NCBI GenBank assembly: GCA_002104945.1
Contig: MCFH01000015.1
Location: 124,001-188,000 of the forward strand
DNA length: 64,000 nt
Direction: 5' to 3'
DNA from: Piromyces finnis finn
Taxonomy: Eukaryota > Fungi > Neocallimastigomycota
The position numbers and the translations under genes are program-made. This document shows, piece after piece, positions 62,901-64,000 of this stretch; positions within the stretch are counted from its first letter, which is position 1, and each line of letters opens with the position of its first letter. A model generated the notes under the pieces. The model saw only the letters and a list, made by a program, of their open reading frames with translations. It was not told the DNA's origin and did no database searches.

Positions 62901-64000
62901 TGAATAGAAAAAATTACACCACCATATAACTCAGCAGCATTATTATAAAAAAATGAATCATAAAATACTATTAAATAGTTAGCATTTTCAACATCCTCGA
63001 CATGTATAACACCTCCTTTTAATGACCTGTTGTTATTAAATGTTGAATTCCTGATATTAAAAGTTCCATAAAAATAATCTTTAGATGAAAATTTAAATAT
63101 TCCACTTTCTTCATAAATATTACTAAAATTTGAATTTTTAATATTTGTTGTCGAATATCTGGAATTATAAAAGCATGTTTCTTTATATATATATATATAT
63201 TAATATATAATATAAAGTAATAATATTATTTAAGTGACCAACAATCAATCAATTTAATATACCTCCATAAACGTTATTAAATAAAACATCTTCCATAATT
63301 AATGTTGAACGACTATAGAGCTGTGCAATAGATGATCGATCAAGTTCTGAAATACTATCCTTATTTACAGCACATTCTTTGTTTTTATAACATAAATGAA
63401 TATTTTCAAACTATGAAAAATATATTTAATATATTTTATATCCATAAAATATTAATTATAGATAAATAATAATAATTATTTTGGTCTTTACTGTTGAATC
63501 TTTAATAAAACATCTCGTTTCTTGCAATAATATTAATGCTAATTATTTTATTTTATATTAATATTTTAAATTAATCTATATAAATAAAATGTTTTTATAC
63601 GTAATACTTATTTTTTACATTATTCTTATAATAGTTACCTCCATTTGAATTAATATTTTTTACAGTACTATTATATATTTCTAATGTATCTATTTATATC
63701 AATTGTTTTATTTTAATTAGGTATGAAGTAATAAAAGATTTTTGTTGCTAATAACATTTATAAAATGAAAATGACTATATACTTTGACTGTTATCATGTC
63801 CATCATTTAAAAAAAAAGGATAGGTAATCTTGGAGTTAAATCCATCAACAATCATATTTTTAAATATCCCTATAGCATTATTTTGTAGAGATATAAAACT
63901 ATTATATATATAATAAATTATTATTTCTAATAAAAAATAGGTTTAATAATTAATATATAATTGATAATTACCTGGTATAATCCCCACCTATATTTTTTAT
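59905..64000 (-). CDS. Second tandem beta-helix/EGF/class C-like GPCR gene (5' part beyond window end)
   Basis: Exons ELYGGVIFS, CDPSCNSGNCINDNVCDCSNTPYTGLHC, YKNASIIKGG, GFALVFGSILVKTLRI. Terminal ...NTQEEVD* at 59905. Paralogous to 53163-59221. Confidence 0.75.

Overview
Very AT-rich, intron-containing eukaryotic DNA, most like an anaerobic gut fungus (Neocallimastigomycota). That assignment is inferred from composition, intron style and gene families. Host genes: class II fructose-bisphosphate aldolase, an ARMH1/C1orf228-like gene, two tandem intronless ABCC (YOR1/MRP-like) transporters, a Q/N-rich protein with a small conserved N-terminal domain, and two tandem beta-helix/EGF/class C-like GPCR genes. 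Mobile DNA: three young copies of one single-ORF APE-RT-CCHC non-LTR retrotransposon (family A) and an older degenerate relative (family B). Copy 2 is inserted into the 5' end of copy 1 (14-bp TSD). Copy 3 is intact and nested in family B (13-bp TSD). Most notable: (i) a frameshifted, highly compacted RNA polymerase beta'-like fragment at ~32.1-32.7 kb, resembling cytoplasmic linear plasmid / virus-like element polymerases; (ii) a sharply defined family A 5' end built from 124-bp hairpin-rich monomers whose substitutions mostly preserve pairing on the sense strand, followed by a candidate spliceosomal intron in the 5' UTR; (iii) a chimeric junction in which a tRNA 5' fragment and an internal endonuclease fragment are fused to the element 5' end. 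Family assignments come from motif recognition by eye, not database searches. Exon and element boundaries marked ~ are approximate.
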